From positions 40,281-104,280 of the IMG/VR virus record IMGVR_UViG_3300025646_000013: DNA of 64,000 nt. One strand, written 5' to 3'. The notes under the pieces were generated by a model. It saw only the letters and a list, made by a program, of their open reading frames with translations. It ran no database searches and was not told the DNA's origin. Shown piece by piece: positions 25,174-37,280 of this stretch. The first letter of the stretch is position 1; each line of letters opens with the position of its first letter. The translations under genes and the position numbers were made by a program. The DNA comes from a virus. Lineage: Duplodnaviria; Caudoviricetes.

Positions 25174-28100
25174 TTAAAACGAGCTTGCAAGCTGCTGATA
25201 TGGATCTCTACCAACTTCTGGGATCCCTGAATATATAGTAGTATCCATATCAAAGTTTCCTAATCCGATAGCCATGTCTTCAAAGTTTCTGACCGCTCCC
25301 CTATTTCCATATAGATTAACTTTATAGCTCATTCCAGGGTTATATGAAATCGTTCCTAATTGAGGGATTTCTGGAGCTCTTTGAGGATATTGGCTTTCAT
25401 AGGCGGATCCTCCAGGCAGTAGTGGAGGCCCTTTTATTGAATCTTCTGTTCTATCTTTAAATCCTTGATACGCAAAGCTGGCCGCTATTAGGGCAGTGGC
25501 GCCGTATATAGAATTTCTAAACAATTTGTTTTCAGAAAATAGTTCTTTTAATCTTCCTGATTTAATATAATCAGAAAATCTAGTAAATTTTGTTTTAGTA
25601 AACGCAGAATAATCCTCGCCATCCAAAGCTAAATCTAATCCCTCCCTGAAACTTTTGCCAGTTGTCGTGTCTCCAGAATAAGCTGCTTGACCCAGCGCTA
25701 TATCTGATTGGTAGACTTGTTCAGCTATTTGAGATCTAGCTATTCCTGCCTCTCTATTTATCTGCCTTACTCTTTCCGCATCAAGTTCAAGATCACGTCC
25801 GGCCATAACTGAAGCTATATTTCTAACCTCTTCACTTAGTCCTGTTGTATCATCTATCATTTGTTTTAAAACTTTTTTACTGATTCTTTCTTCATTAATC
25901 ACATCTCCTTCATCTAAGAGCCTACGAACTTCAGCGTCTCTTCTTAGCCCATACTCTGAAACTGCTTGTGTGACATTTGAGGATACTTGAGATGAAAAAA
26001 ATTGAGCTTGTCTACTGACTGTTGCCGCTCCAATCATGCTTAAGAAAGTTTTTTCACTGCCTTCTTCTGGCATATACAGTAGCCTGGATATGTCAAATCT
26101 TCTTCCTCTTCCGGATCTCATTTCAGCGGAAACTTTTTCTACTGCGTTTATCATTTCCGTCAAGCTAACACCTGTCGCTTTTGAGGCGTCTTTTATCTCA
26201 TTTTCAACAATTCTACCTAGTCTAAGTTTTTGCGCTTTATTGTTATATGTATCTATATTTTCTAATTTAGATAAGTCTACAGACATCAATTCATTAAATT
26301 CTTCAACGTTTCTTCTAACTATATATTCGGCGGCTTTTCTTGCATTGTCCGAAACTTGAAGCGAAGAAAGTGCTGCGTCTTCAGTTATGCCTGCTAAAGA
26401 CAGTCTTCTCATTATATCAAATTCTGCTTGTACTCTGGCAGCAGTTGCATTCACTTTTGCAAGGGACGCATACTTGTGTTTTTCATTTAGCCCAAATATT
26501 TGCAACACAGTATTTCTTTGAACATCGTAATCTTGCCCCATAGAATCAAGAGTTTTCTTTAATTTTGTAATTTCCTCACCCTCGAGGCTGCCCGCTGCAA
26601 TTGTGTCATTTATGCCTTGTTTAATTCCTTTTATAAATCTTTCTACATCTTGCGACGATAGTCTATCTTCTAATAAAATTTCATCAATTCCTAAAAATAA
26701 ATCTTCAGAAAACTTTCCTGCATATTTACTTGATCTAACTATTGCAGCCCCTGACCCAATTCTCATTCCAAGTCTTTCTATAGCGGTTTCTCCAACAAGA
26801 TCCAGGGTCACATTTGCGGCGTCTCCATATCCCAGAGCTTTTAACGCGGCTTTTTGTGCTGCGGCAACATTTGTTACTCCACCTTCCAGTAAGCTAGATA
26901 TTCTATTTAATTGATCTCTTACTGGAGCAAGGGCAAATTTATTTGATCCAAAGTTAATTGTACTGTCAATTGCTTCTTCTGAGCTTAAAAGACCAATTCC
27001 ATATTTCATGAATTGTTTTAATTCGCCACTTCCTCCACCTATTTTCATTAACTCAGCAAGAAAACCATCCAACTGCTTAAGGCTAGATCCAACAACCATT
27101 GATCTGTTTACATAAACTCCAAGAAAGTTTCCATCTGCTCCGGCAGAGCTGAGCATTTTGTTAAAAATGGAATGAGACGCAAAAGCATTTAGTGCTTTGT
27201 TGTCTGAATTGTCTTTAATAAAATCTACAAACGCGTTGTTTCTTGCTTCTCCATCTGTCATATTCAGTATTTCTTTAATTCTACTAGACATAGAAGGACC
27301 CAAGGTTGATTTATGTTGATCCAATATGCTTAGAGCTTCATCAGATATTGGAGCGACATCAAACGCTCCTTCTTCTTTAAATAACTTATAGATTTCGCTT
27401 CTCTTATATAAATCTGTGTTTCTTAAAGCTGAAGCTCCACTTGTTGCTATATCTTGAAGTGTTTGAGATGTAGCCTTTTTGATTGTTCGACCAGAAGCTT
27501 CGTAGACTTTAAAAATCAAATTTTCTACATACTCTTCTGTAATTTGATTTGTTTTTTTAGCGCCTATATCGGATAGATATTCGTTTAAACCCTTTTTCCC
27601 ATATGCTCCTCGAAGACCTTCTGGAACTTTTCCGGATATTAGTGCACGAAGAACTTCTGCTTCATGTCTGTTTATTTTTCCAGATTTAGTGTCTATTATT
27701 TCTTCAAGTTGTGCCATAAATTTTTCATTTTGACCAAATATTGATCTTATTGTTTCTAAATCGTCTAATCTTGCTCTGCCATATATGACTTCGTCTACAC
27801 CAGAAGGCTGTCTTGTTATTCCAAATAGAAGTTTTTGCTTTCCACCTTCACCCATAAAAGACTCTAACTTAAACAATCCTTTATCGTCTAAGTCAAAACC
27901 ACCAAGAGCATTGAAAAACTCTGGAATCATTCCAGGTCCAAATAACATCTTGTGTCCACTGACTCTAAATTTTAATAAATCAGCTGTTACTTCAGTGTCA
28001 TCTGCTAATTTAAATATTGTTTTTTCTATTCCATTTACTGTTCTATTTCCTTTATTTCCACCCGGTAAACCTTCAAGAACTTCCGAGGCTAGCGCATATC

Positions 28101-30007
28101 TTTGAACTCCTGGAACTACTGGGTAGTATCTTTCTACTCCAGCTGAAGACATTCTCATCGTAAAAGCCTCTGATGCAAACACATTCGCAAGCAGGTTCAT
28201 CATTTCTGGAGAGCTTTTTGGGCCTATTCCCGATTGATGAAGTTCAAATATTCTTCTTATGAAATCTCTGTTTCTATCTTTTGACAATCTTATTGAAGCT
28301 GGTAAATTTGAAGAATCTTCTAACAACGTTTGTTGCATCATTGTTCGAACTTTTTCTGGGATAGTGTTGGTTTCTATTGCGTTTTTAAAGTCTTGCATGA
28401 CTTCAGCTGAATACTGAGTCATTTTTTCTATATCTTCTGGAGAAGAATAAAGATCTGGATGAAAAGCTACAGTTACTGGATCTGCGTAGACTTGAGATTT
28501 TGGAATACCAAACCCACTCATTTGTATAAATTCTAAACCTTTAGCTAAACCAATTTCCGATTTTTTTCCAGATGCGCCTATTATTTGATATATATTTTCA
28601 AAACCTTTTCCAAGATCTCTTATGTCATAAGCTACTTTTATTAATCCATCATCAGTAAATCCTCTACCAGTTACTTGATATAAGTTTTCAGCGTCTTGAA
28701 CCATACTAAGTTGCTCTGTTAGTTCTAGCAATCTTACTTGTGCGTTTTGTTGTTCAATCTTACTTAGCGTTCCAGAATTAATACTTTCTCTAAGATTTTT
28801 TACGTTTTGTCTCATTTCCCTTTTTGCATATTCAAAGTATTTTCTGTTAAAAATAGCGTTACCATCAAATTCTAGTTCGGCGTCTTTCATGAATTTACTA
28901 AACATTTGTTTTTCTAATTCAGTTGCCCCAGACTTATCTATTGCCTGAATTAATTCTTTATTGGTTCTTGACTTTTGTATTAAGTCCTTAATTTCTTTTC
29001 TTTTAAGGAACTTTGCAATAAAAGATTCTGGATCACCTATTATTGCTCTTTGAGATGAATCTAAAGATTCAAATTGCCTTCTAAATGAAGATTCAACAAC
29101 TTCTTTTGTAAGATCTTTTTTTAGGACTTTCATTTCAAGTCTATTTTGACTGCCTACATTCAAATATTTTTGAAGAAAATGTAAACCTTCTTCTATTACT
29201 AATTCTTCTGGAGCTCCCTTAAGCTTAAATTCCTTAGCTGCTCCGAAGTAATGTATCCATAGTTATGGTCAGATCTCTATCTCCAACTATACCTCTAACT
29301 CTTTTTCCAAGCTTAGACATATAATCTTCTATAAGTCCCCCACCAGCTAAGGTGCTCATTAATTTTTTATTATCCAATAATGGGTTTCCTGCTGCCGCTA
29401 GCATAAAATACGTTTGTGCTTCTGTTAGTATTTTTTCTCCTACCCTAAATTGCATAAGAGTAGCGCCATCTTTGTCTATTATTGGAATAAAACCTTGACC
29501 TGATTCTCTCAATCTTTGAAAGAAATCAATTGGCCTTACTCCTCTTTGATTTTTTATTGTAGCTAAATTTACACTTAACTCTTCTCCAGATAGAGTTGCT
29601 TGTGAGATTCCCATTGATTCTAGTTGTTTTAGTGTTGCAGTATCCGTTATACCTCTTAGGTTTTTTTGAATATTTAGAAGAATATCTCCAATGGCAGCAT
29701 TTTGAGTTGGATTATTGTTAAGTATGTTTCCGGTAGAATTTGATCTTCCAAGATTTAAAATTGATCCAGATACTGGCTTAATGCTTGCAAACTGAGTAAA
29801 CATCATAGTGCTTGCTGCAGTAAATGCCTCTTCTACCGTTTGCTTTACTTCTCCAGTAGCATTAATAATGAATTCTACTGCTTGAGTTTTCGGATTAAGC
29901 TCAACTCTTACTACGTTATTTCTTCCGCCAAATGCTGTTGACCTAAGGGCGTACTGTGCGGCAAGAAGTCTTTCTTCCGGTTTTTTAAAAAAGTCTAGTA
30001 TGCCCAC
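25174..30007 (-). CDS. Large helical virion protein (tape-measure-associated/ejection-like), ~1610 aa after a +1 shift at CGG 29245-29243
   Basis: GTG start overlaps the previous TAG. The 257-aa ORF ends CTT CGG AGC AGC TAA; the +1 frame GAAKEFKLKGAPEELVIEEGLHFLQKY runs into the 1329-aa ORF, whose track start is an internal TTG. Confidence 0.65.
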
Positions 30008-33000
30008 TATCTAACTCCTGCAGATATGCTTATTTGATTTTGGCCAAAAGTATTTATAACTGGAGTTACAGTTCCACTAATTCCTGCTCCAGCTAAAAGA
30101 GCTCTTAACTTGTATAGAGTATCTTGCCTATCTTCGCCTGTTCCAAATGTTGGATAGCTTGGATTTGCTAAATTAGCTTGCTTTATCTGCTGTGGATAGT
30201 AACCCATTTGAGACATCTCCAGTCCCATCTGTTGTCCTATTTTTATTTTAACATGGTCCATGTTTGTATTTGGGTGCCATCCTTCCCAAGATAAATCTGG
30301 AAGCTCATGTCTGCTAAAATACTCAACTAAATCTGGTCTCTTTTCTACATCTCTACCCCAGGCGGCTTGATATATTCTTCTTTCTAATCTTCCTGCCGTT
30401 GACAGAATTCTATCTCTTTCATTTTCTGGAGCATTAATCATCTCCATAAAATGCTCTCTTTTTCTTTTTGGAATTGCCAAAGAAAGAGTGTCTACCGAAG
30501 CTCCATATAAATCTGCTCCATACATAGTTCTTTTTGCAGCTTGTCTAAATTGATTGGCGGCTCCTGAGTCTCCAGCTTCCTGGGCCATTGCAGCCAGTCT
30601 GGTATTCTTAACATAGGTTAAAATATCAGAATATTCTTCTAATGCAAGTTCTTTCTTTCTTTGTTGTGGAATAAATCTTTCGCCAGTTATCATTTCTTTT
30701 GTTTGGCTCATTAAAGAAACTCCACCACCAGTTGTGGCGCCTAAAAAGGAGCCTAAAAGTTTTGCTCTTGGAGTTCTGCCAAAAAATGATCCAGTTAATC
30801 CAAGACCGGCAGCTGCTGAAATTGGATCTCTTTGCGTAGCCTTGTTGAGCATTGGCTCAATAAAACTTTCAAATGGCCTTTGCCATTCTGGAAATGTTGC
30901 TCCATAAACATTTCTTCTTTCCCAATCTTCAGTTGCAGTTCTTTTATTGAGAAACTTTGTATTAAATAGAGTGTCTCTATGAGCTATGTATTCTCCAGCC
31001 CTTTGCATTCCGCCAAGAGCTCCGCCCATTCTTGTTCTTTGGTCTTCATAGGGGACAAAATCATATTTACTTGTGGTATCTTCAAGTTGGCTTCTTATCT
31101 CCATGACTCTTACTTTTTCTTCTGGACTTAAAGCCATTTTATCAATCATTCTATTGACAGACTTAAATTGCTGTGAATAAGGAGCAACGTCAGCTAGAAT
31201 ATCTAGTTGATTTACTATTCCATATTTACCTGAAGAATCTCCATAAAGTCTATTAAATCTTTCATACCCTTTACCGGGCAATCTGATTTCACCTTCTTGA
31301 ACTTTCGTAAAAGGGTCGCCAGTCCTAAAGTTAATGTAATATTCAGAACCTGGAAGAAATGGATACTGAGAGCCCATCAGGTTTGCGATTGGATTTATGT
31401 AATCTATTCCAGTTCTTTCTTTTGGAATAAATCTTCTTACAATTTCAGAAAACTCTATATTACCTAAAGGACCCTGTGCTGGAATTGGTACGTCGCCTAA
31501 GCCTCCAAGGTTTAGGTCCCAGAATGCCCTAGATGTGCCATAAGCTTTTGCTGCTGATTGGAGAACTGTTTTGTCTGGCTCAAAATCACCTTTGCCAAAT
31601 CCAAGATTTTCTCTAATTGAAGAAAATCCAAATCCATAGATACCGGCCATTTCCTGAGCCCTATAACCAAGTTCTCCAAATTGAATTGTGGGATTGGCTG
31701 GATTGTAGGGAGTTCCTGCCTGAACTATTGTTGGCTGCATCACTCCCCTTTGCTTGGGGGGGCCATAGGACATGGCCATCAAAGGCTGATTCAAGGCGCC
31801 TATAGTTTCTCTTGTTATTCCGGAGGCTCTATTTATGGGAAATTGGCTGGCTCCTGCGTAGTTAGCATTGCTGTAACCTATTTGATTGCTCACCATAGAG
31901 GAAGATACTGACCCACCAGCACCCGGACCATACATGCCTATGCCCCCTCCAAAGCCCGCAGAGGCCGTTCCCGTGCCCGCATTGAAGCCTGTATAGCCAC
32001 TGGGGTCATAAGCCCCAAATTGACCTGCTGAAACGTACTGAGAGAGCCCTAGAGAGACTTCTTCTTCATGCATCTTTCTTTGTGGTTTTAATATTTTACC
32101 TATTGTTAGGTTTCCAACAGCTGTTAGCGGCCCAAATGGGCCAGTAAAATATTCTCCAGTTACTGGATATGGCCTATCTTCATAGTGTTTTCTTTCAAAT
32201 CTGTATGGATCAAAGGGTCTTAGTGGGGAGATATCATTGTAAAATAAGAACTTTTCTGCTGGGCTTCCATATGTATCGGAAGTGAACATTGCTCCACCTT
32301 GAAGTTTTCTATACCAAGATGGCCTATAATACTGAACCTTACCACCCTGGAATGGAGTATTACCTAGTGGCCAGAATCTACCCTGCCTAATTGGCACTTC
32401 GCCTTCTACTAATTGTTCCCTTTTTTCTTGTGCGGTCATTCCCCCAGGAACTAATCCAGCTGCTAAAGATTGAGCTTCTACTACTGCCCTTGCTGCTTTT
32501 GTTGTAAAGAATGGAGAATATATATTTTCTCCATATCTATCCTCAGGATTTACTAGCCCACCAAGCATTCTGTCGGCGGCCATGAATGTCGTTCCAGCCG
32601 CATAAATTGGAAGAACTCTTTTTCCAACCATCCCTCTTGCGTATAAATCAAGAGGTCCCTTAAAACTAGATACATCTAGCTGCATTCCTAAAGTTCCAAA
32701 GTATCTATTTAGTCTTTCAACTCCTTGAGAAACTGGAACAGACGCACCAGAATAATTTGCTGGATCAGAATATGTCGACAAACCAATTGCGCTTTTAACT
32801 GCTCCCATTGGATCTTTTCCAAAAACTGTTCCAAAGGTTGGAACAAATGTAGTTCTTTGTCCAGAACCTAATACGTCAGTTGACAATTCGTTTAATTGAT
32901 AATTTGCTGTTCCAAATAATTTTTTAAATGGTGGCAATAGTGAAGAAAATGGCCTTCTTATATTTGAGCCAATAATTGAAACTCTTCCACTTGTATATGG

Positions 33001-36000
33001 AGAAAAGAAAGTGCTTACTGCATCGCTAACAGCATCTTGACCCCTAGCCATCCCAAGCATAGAAAGAGCTGCCTCTCTAGCATTTTGGAATAGTGGAACT
33101 CCCTTTTTATAAGTAATAAATGCATTTGTGTTAAATAGTGTTGCTAGCGCTGCTGCTTGAGCTTCTGCGAATTGTGAAGGAGGAAGAGTTTTTCTAAGGC
33201 TTAATATTGCCTCTTGCATCTGTATAAACAGCTGGTCTGTTTTGCCCTCAACAATTGCGTTTGATTGAGAAACAAATCTAAAAAGTTCATTCTTAAATTG
33301 GTCTAACCTTGTAGTTATTGTAGGCGATCTTTGGGCCAAAGAAGAAGTTGCTAACAGATTTCCTTCTGTAGCCATTTTTCTTAATCTAGAAAACGATTGT
33401 TCTATTACTCTTTCTTCTATTCCAGCTTCTCTTGCTCTAGATTTTAGAATTGGTATAGCTGCTTGCACTTCCTCATAAAACTGCATAGCTTGTTGAGGGG
33501 TTGATATATTGGACACTCTTTTGCCAGCAAAAGCAAAAAGATTTATGCCAGATATTTCAGATAGATTTTCCATTGTTCTCATGACTTTGTCTGATAAGCC
33601 ATAAGTAAATGTAGATCTTCTTAAATCATCGTAGGCTCTTAATATCTGTGCTTCTTCAATTCCAGGAACAGAAGCACCTGCCTCATCTAAAAGTTGTAAT
33701 TTTCCGCCTTCCGAGCTAAGTTTTATTCTTTTTGCCGAAGATCCAAATCCGTATTCAACTTCTTCTCCAGGTATTAGCTTAGCTAATACTCTTGGATTAT
33801 TTATGTCACTATTTCTTTTTTGAAATCTTGAAAGCAATCCGAAAATTGAGTTTGGTTGCTCAGCGTCTATCGACATCATTCTCTTGAAGCCAAGAGCTCT
33901 ACTTCTTCCGGCTACATCATTTCCAAATAATCTTGTTAAAAATCTTGAATTCGGATCTTGAGCTACATCATATATTTTTTCTCCATCTAGACCAGCCGAA
34001 AATCTTGCATGCTTTGTAAGCATCTCGGTACTGCTGGTTGGAACAGCTCTATATGTTCCTGCTAAAGTTTTTCCAAATATTGCACCAGATTCATTGTCTG
34101 TAGAAAATGCAGTTACCCTACCCTTGAGGCCAAACATTCCACCTGTGCTGTGCCAAATATTAAAATCTGATTTTGTTCCCGGCATGTCGCCAAACGGTTG
34201 GACAGTTCTGCCTGGAGAATACTGAAGCGGCCCTCTCTTTGCCATTTCTGAAAAAGATCTATAACCAAAAAGGTCGGCTGGATTAAGTTTAATTATTGGT
34301 ATCTGAAATTCACTTGCAAAAAAACTTGCTGTATTTGTAAATGTACTTCTTATAGAACTGAAATCTAATATTTGTCCAGACTTAGTTTGATAAACTCCAT
34401 CAAGTTTATTGAATCCTATAGACTTAGAAACCGGATCATTAATTGCCATTCTTCCGGCTAGTTCACTAATTATTTTTTGTTGATTTGCTGGTAGGGACTT
34501 AAATCTGCCTTGCTGAACTGCTTCATCTATCAGCAACGGCTTAAGGCCGAATAAGCTAAATCCATTACCGAATAATCCAAGAGACATTTTTCTTTTTTCA
34601 ATAAGAAAATCTTTTAGATCGTTAAAATTGTTTGGATTAAATCCTTTTTCTGCTAATCTCTTTCTTACAATTTGATCTGAAACTATTCTTCCATCATCTT
34701 GTCTTAAGTTGATTCCAAGAACTTGTGCTGTTTTTCTTTGAAGAAATTGTTGTTTTGCGGAACTTAGTGGCCCTACATAGTCGTGAATATTCTCTTTTGA
34801 CGGCTTTAATATACTTGAGGCTATGTCCGCTAAATCTTTTCTGTAAAAAGAATTCCATTCATTTTTTATTTTTGTATTTAAAGATGCTTTAAATTCCCTG
34901 CTTAGGAACCCAGCATTAGATTCCTCTATCACACTCCTAAGAAATGATTCAGGACTAGATCCACCAGCTGAAGCTACTATCGATTGCTCAAATGATTTTC
35001 CATGTTTTATAGTTTTATATCTTTGCAGTAGTTGAGAGTAATAATCGTCACCCTCACCCAATATAGAAGATCTGCCAATTGAAACTATATTGGTTGGATT
35101 ACCTCCTCTACCAGGAACATTTATTCTTAATTGTTCAACAAAATTATCTGCTTCCTTAGCGTCTATTCCTCTTGATGTTAGGTTTTTTGCCAATAAGTCT
35201 TTATAAGCTTTTTGTTGTTGTCCTCTGTAAAATTCTGATTGAGTAAAAGATTTATCTTCTGGACCACCAGCGCCAAGTATTGAAACAGTTCCTGCTAATT
35301 TACTAATTCTACTAGAATACTGAGATTGAATTTTTTGCATTGCTCTTTCGAGCTCGCTTCTGCCTGCTCCTATGAATCTTTGTTCTGCCAAAATTTCATT
35401 CATCTTTAGGGAACTGGATAGTGCATCGTATCCTTTCCCAAGCAGTTTAAATTCTTTATATCCTTCCTTAAATGCGCTAGACAAACCCCTAAAAGCCGGT
35501 ATAGCGTCAATGGCTCCATATACTGGATTTGTTGAGTCAGGAGAATTTTGGCCAAAAAGGTAACCTTGAGCCATTCTTCCATATCTTTTTATTTTTGATT
35601 CATTATTTGCGCGGGAAAATTCCCTCGCTAATTTTGCCCCTTTTCTTGCATCGCTTAAAGATTGAACAAACTGCGGTTGATCCTGTTTATATGCATGTAC
35701 AGCTGTTGAAAAGGCTCCACTTGTTTGGGCTGATGCTTTTAAAAACCTGTTTCCAATTGTAGAAAAATCATGACCTACTTCACTTAACAGTTCGCTAAGG
35801 TCTATTAAACCCTTAGAAGCTACCTGTCTTGCTGGGCTAAGATCCCTCAGGGACCCCATTGAATTTTTAAAAGTATATAAGGAGTTTCTTGTAGCTGAAG
35901 CTCCTGCGCCCAATCCTTCAAATGGCAAGGTTACAGTCAAAAGATTTGTTGCTGACGTTTTTACAAAATCTGTCAAAACATCAACTGGATTATACCACTT

Positions 36001-36636
36001 TACTTTTTTACGGTTTTCATTTTCTCCAAATAATGGATCTGTTAAAAGTTTTTGAGTTCCATATAACGCTGGAAGCTCATAGGGTAGCCTTCTACCAGCT
36101 CTAATTAATCTTTTTTGTATTTCATCTTTCCAAGTGTATATTGAGGCTGGCTCTGATCCAATTCCCCTACTGGCTTGATCAAGTTCTCTTTTACTAAAAG
36201 AATACCTGTGCATTTCGGAGTTTACGCCGGAATATCCTGTTGTTAGATCATCTCCAGCTTCATAGACGAGTCTTTCGTAAGGATCATTAACGCCATCTAT
36301 ACTTCTTTTAACGCCCTGTAGTTCGTCTAAATGTTTTCTTATGTCAACTACGCTGTTAACTAAACTTGTAGAAAATGTATTGCCTGAGTCAGCTGAAGTT
36401 TGGATTTTTTGGGCTAACCTAAGTCCACCCTTTCTCATTACTGAGGTTAGGGCTGCAGCTGCAGCTAAGCTGCCCACTGTATGCGTTATGAATCTAGCAA
36501 TAGGATGATTATCTAGGGCTTTAGATATTGCGCCTGAATCAGGAGAGGGGCCTTGTGTTTCGCCCTCATTGAACGGAAGATCTCTAGAGGTTACTCCATA
36601 GCCTATATTATGTAATGGGCCACGATCTCTAAGCAT
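30007..36636 (-). CDS. Tape-measure-like giant virion protein (2209 aa)
   Basis: Directly follows the two tail chaperone genes; Ala/Gly/Ser-rich and helical in composition. Confidence 0.6.
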   Translation of the reverse strand: MLRDRGPLHNIGYGVTSRDLPFNEGETQGPSPDSGAISKALDNHPIARFITHTVGSLAAAAALTSVMRKGGLRLAQKIQTSADSGNTFSTSLVNSVVDIRKHLDELQGVKRSIDGVNDPYERLVYEAGDDLTTGYSGVNSEMHRYSFSKRELDQASRGIGSEPASIYTWKDEIQKRLIRAGRRLPYELPALYGTQKLLTDPLFGENENRKKVKWYNPVDVLTDFVKTSATNLLTVTLPFEGLGAGASATRNSLYTFKNSMGSLRDLSPARQVASKGLIDLSELLSEVGHDFSTIGNRFLKASAQTSGAFSTAVHAYKQDQPQFVQSLSDARKGAKLAREFSRANNESKIKRYGRMAQGYLFGQNSPDSTNPVYGAIDAIPAFRGLSSAFKEGYKEFKLLGKGYDALSSSLKMNEILAEQRFIGAGRSELERAMQKIQSQYSSRISKLAGTVSILGAGGPEDKSFTQSEFYRGQQQKAYKDLLAKNLTSRGIDAKEADNFVEQLRINVPGRGGNPTNIVSIGRSSILGEGDDYYSQLLQRYKTIKHGKSFEQSIVASAGGSSPESFLRSVIEESNAGFLSREFKASLNTKIKNEWNSFYRKDLADIASSILKPSKENIHDYVGPLSSAKQQFLQRKTAQVLGINLRQDDGRIVSDQIVRKRLAEKGFNPNNFNDLKDFLIEKRKMSLGLFGNGFSLFGLKPLLIDEAVQQGRFKSLPANQQKIISELAGRMAINDPVSKSIGFNKLDGVYQTKSGQILDFSSIRSTFTNTASFFASEFQIPIIKLNPADLFGYRSFSEMAKRGPLQYSPGRTVQPFGDMPGTKSDFNIWHSTGGMFGLKGRVTAFSTDNESGAIFGKTLAGTYRAVPTSSTEMLTKHARFSAGLDGEKIYDVAQDPNSRFLTRLFGNDVAGRSRALGFKRMMSIDAEQPNSIFGLLSRFQKRNSDINNPRVLAKLIPGEEVEYGFGSSAKRIKLSSEGGKLQLLDEAGASVPGIEEAQILRAYDDLRRSTFTYGLSDKVMRTMENLSEISGINLFAFAGKRVSNISTPQQAMQFYEEVQAAIPILKSRAREAGIEERVIEQSFSRLRKMATEGNLLATSSLAQRSPTITTRLDQFKNELFRFVSQSNAIVEGKTDQLFIQMQEAILSLRKTLPPSQFAEAQAAALATLFNTNAFITYKKGVPLFQNAREAALSMLGMARGQDAVSDAVSTFFSPYTSGRVSIIGSNIRRPFSSLLPPFKKLFGTANYQLNELSTDVLGSGQRTTFVPTFGTVFGKDPMGAVKSAIGLSTYSDPANYSGASVPVSQGVERLNRYFGTLGMQLDVSSFKGPLDLYARGMVGKRVLPIYAAGTTFMAADRMLGGLVNPEDRYGENIYSPFFTTKAARAVVEAQSLAAGLVPGGMTAQEKREQLVEGEVPIRQGRFWPLGNTPFQGGKVQYYRPSWYRKLQGGAMFTSDTYGSPAEKFLFYNDISPLRPFDPYRFERKHYEDRPYPVTGEYFTGPFGPLTAVGNLTIGKILKPQRKMHEEEVSLGLSQYVSAGQFGAYDPSGYTGFNAGTGTASAGFGGGIGMYGPGAGGSVSSSMVSNQIGYSNANYAGASQFPINRASGITRETIGALNQPLMAMSYGPPKQRGVMQPTIVQAGTPYNPANPTIQFGELGYRAQEMAGIYGFGFSSIRENLGFGKGDFEPDKTVLQSAAKAYGTSRAFWDLNLGGLGDVPIPAQGPLGNIEFSEIVRRFIPKERTGIDYINPIANLMGSQYPFLPGSEYYINFRTGDPFTKVQEGEIRLPGKGYERFNRLYGDSSGKYGIVNQLDILADVAPYSQQFKSVNRMIDKMALSPEEKVRVMEIRSQLEDTTSKYDFVPYEDQRTRMGGALGGMQRAGEYIAHRDTLFNTKFLNKRTATEDWERRNVYGATFPEWQRPFESFIEPMLNKATQRDPISAAAGLGLTGSFFGRTPRAKLLGSFLGATTGGGVSLMSQTKEMITGERFIPQQRKKELALEEYSDILTYVKNTRLAAMAQEAGDSGAANQFRQAAKRTMYGADLYGASVDTLSLAIPKRKREHFMEMINAPENERDRILSTAGRLERRIYQAAWGRDVEKRPDLVEYFSRHELPDLSWEGWHPNTNMDHVKIKIGQQMGLEMSQMGYYPQQIKQANLANPSYPTFGTGEDRQDTLYKLRALLAGAGISGTVTPVINTFGQNQISISAGVR

Positions 36637-36650
36637 TTTTTTCCCCTAGT

Positions 36651-37277
36651 TTATTTCATTCCCCAAAGTTTTTGAGCAATTGGGTCTTCGTACGCGGCTT
36701 CGCCGACTTTCTTTGAAAGGTTGTGCCTTGCCGCACTTGCCTTTTTCTTTTCCTCTTCTTCTTCTGGGTCTATCAATTGAAGAGTAAGATTAGTTGACTG
36801 AATGCCATTTATTCCTTGTTGAATTTCAATTATTTTTTCCGAAAGAGCAACCCTTTCCGCTAATTGCGAAAAAGTCATGTTATCTAAATCTTCCGGAGAA
36901 TATGTATTTATAGTAGCCAGAACAAAAGCTTTCATAAGGCTTCTTACCTGAGCTGCTTGTTCTCTTTTATTATCAAGTATATTTTTAGCAATTTTTGCAG
37001 AATAGAAGCCCGAAAAATCAACAATCTGTTGAGCCAATGAAGATACTAAGCCAGGTGGCAATTTTTCTAGATTGAAGTCTTTTGGATAGACTACAGCAGA
37101 TGATATTATCAGGTCTTCTGCGTCAGTTGAAGAATAGCTTTCCGAGTTTTTGTATTCAGTTATTTTATCAAATTCACTAAATGTCAGCTCTCTAAATACT
37201 ATTTCCTGACCTTTTAGGTTTACTGCAAAAACAGAACCATATTTCTTTTTTATTTCATAGAGAAATTCTGGTTCCAT
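36651..37277 (-). CDS. Tail assembly chaperone-like protein
   Basis: KKKYGSVF...IVFRELTFSEF...VVYP...PGLVSSLAQQIVDFSGF; paralogous to the adjacent gene; lies between tube and tape-measure genes. Confidence 0.65.
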   Translation of the reverse strand: MEPEFLYEIKKKYGSVFAVNLKGQEIVFRELTFSEFDKITEYKNSESYSSTDAEDLIISSAVVYPKDFNLEKLPPGLVSSLAQQIVDFSGFYSAKIAKNILDNKREQAAQVRSLMKAFVLATINTYSPEDLDNMTFSQLAERVALSEKIIEIQQGINGIQSTNLTLQLIDPEEEEEKKKASAARHNLSKKVGEAAYEDPIAQKLWGMK

Positions 37278-37280
37278 TTT

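Noticed and set aside
11471-30007. Treating the broken ORFs as pseudogenes of a decaying prophage
   Set aside because: No in-frame nonsense mutations or -1 breaks were seen. All breaks are +1 at the same codon, and bridging segments stay stop-free, which random decay would not produce.
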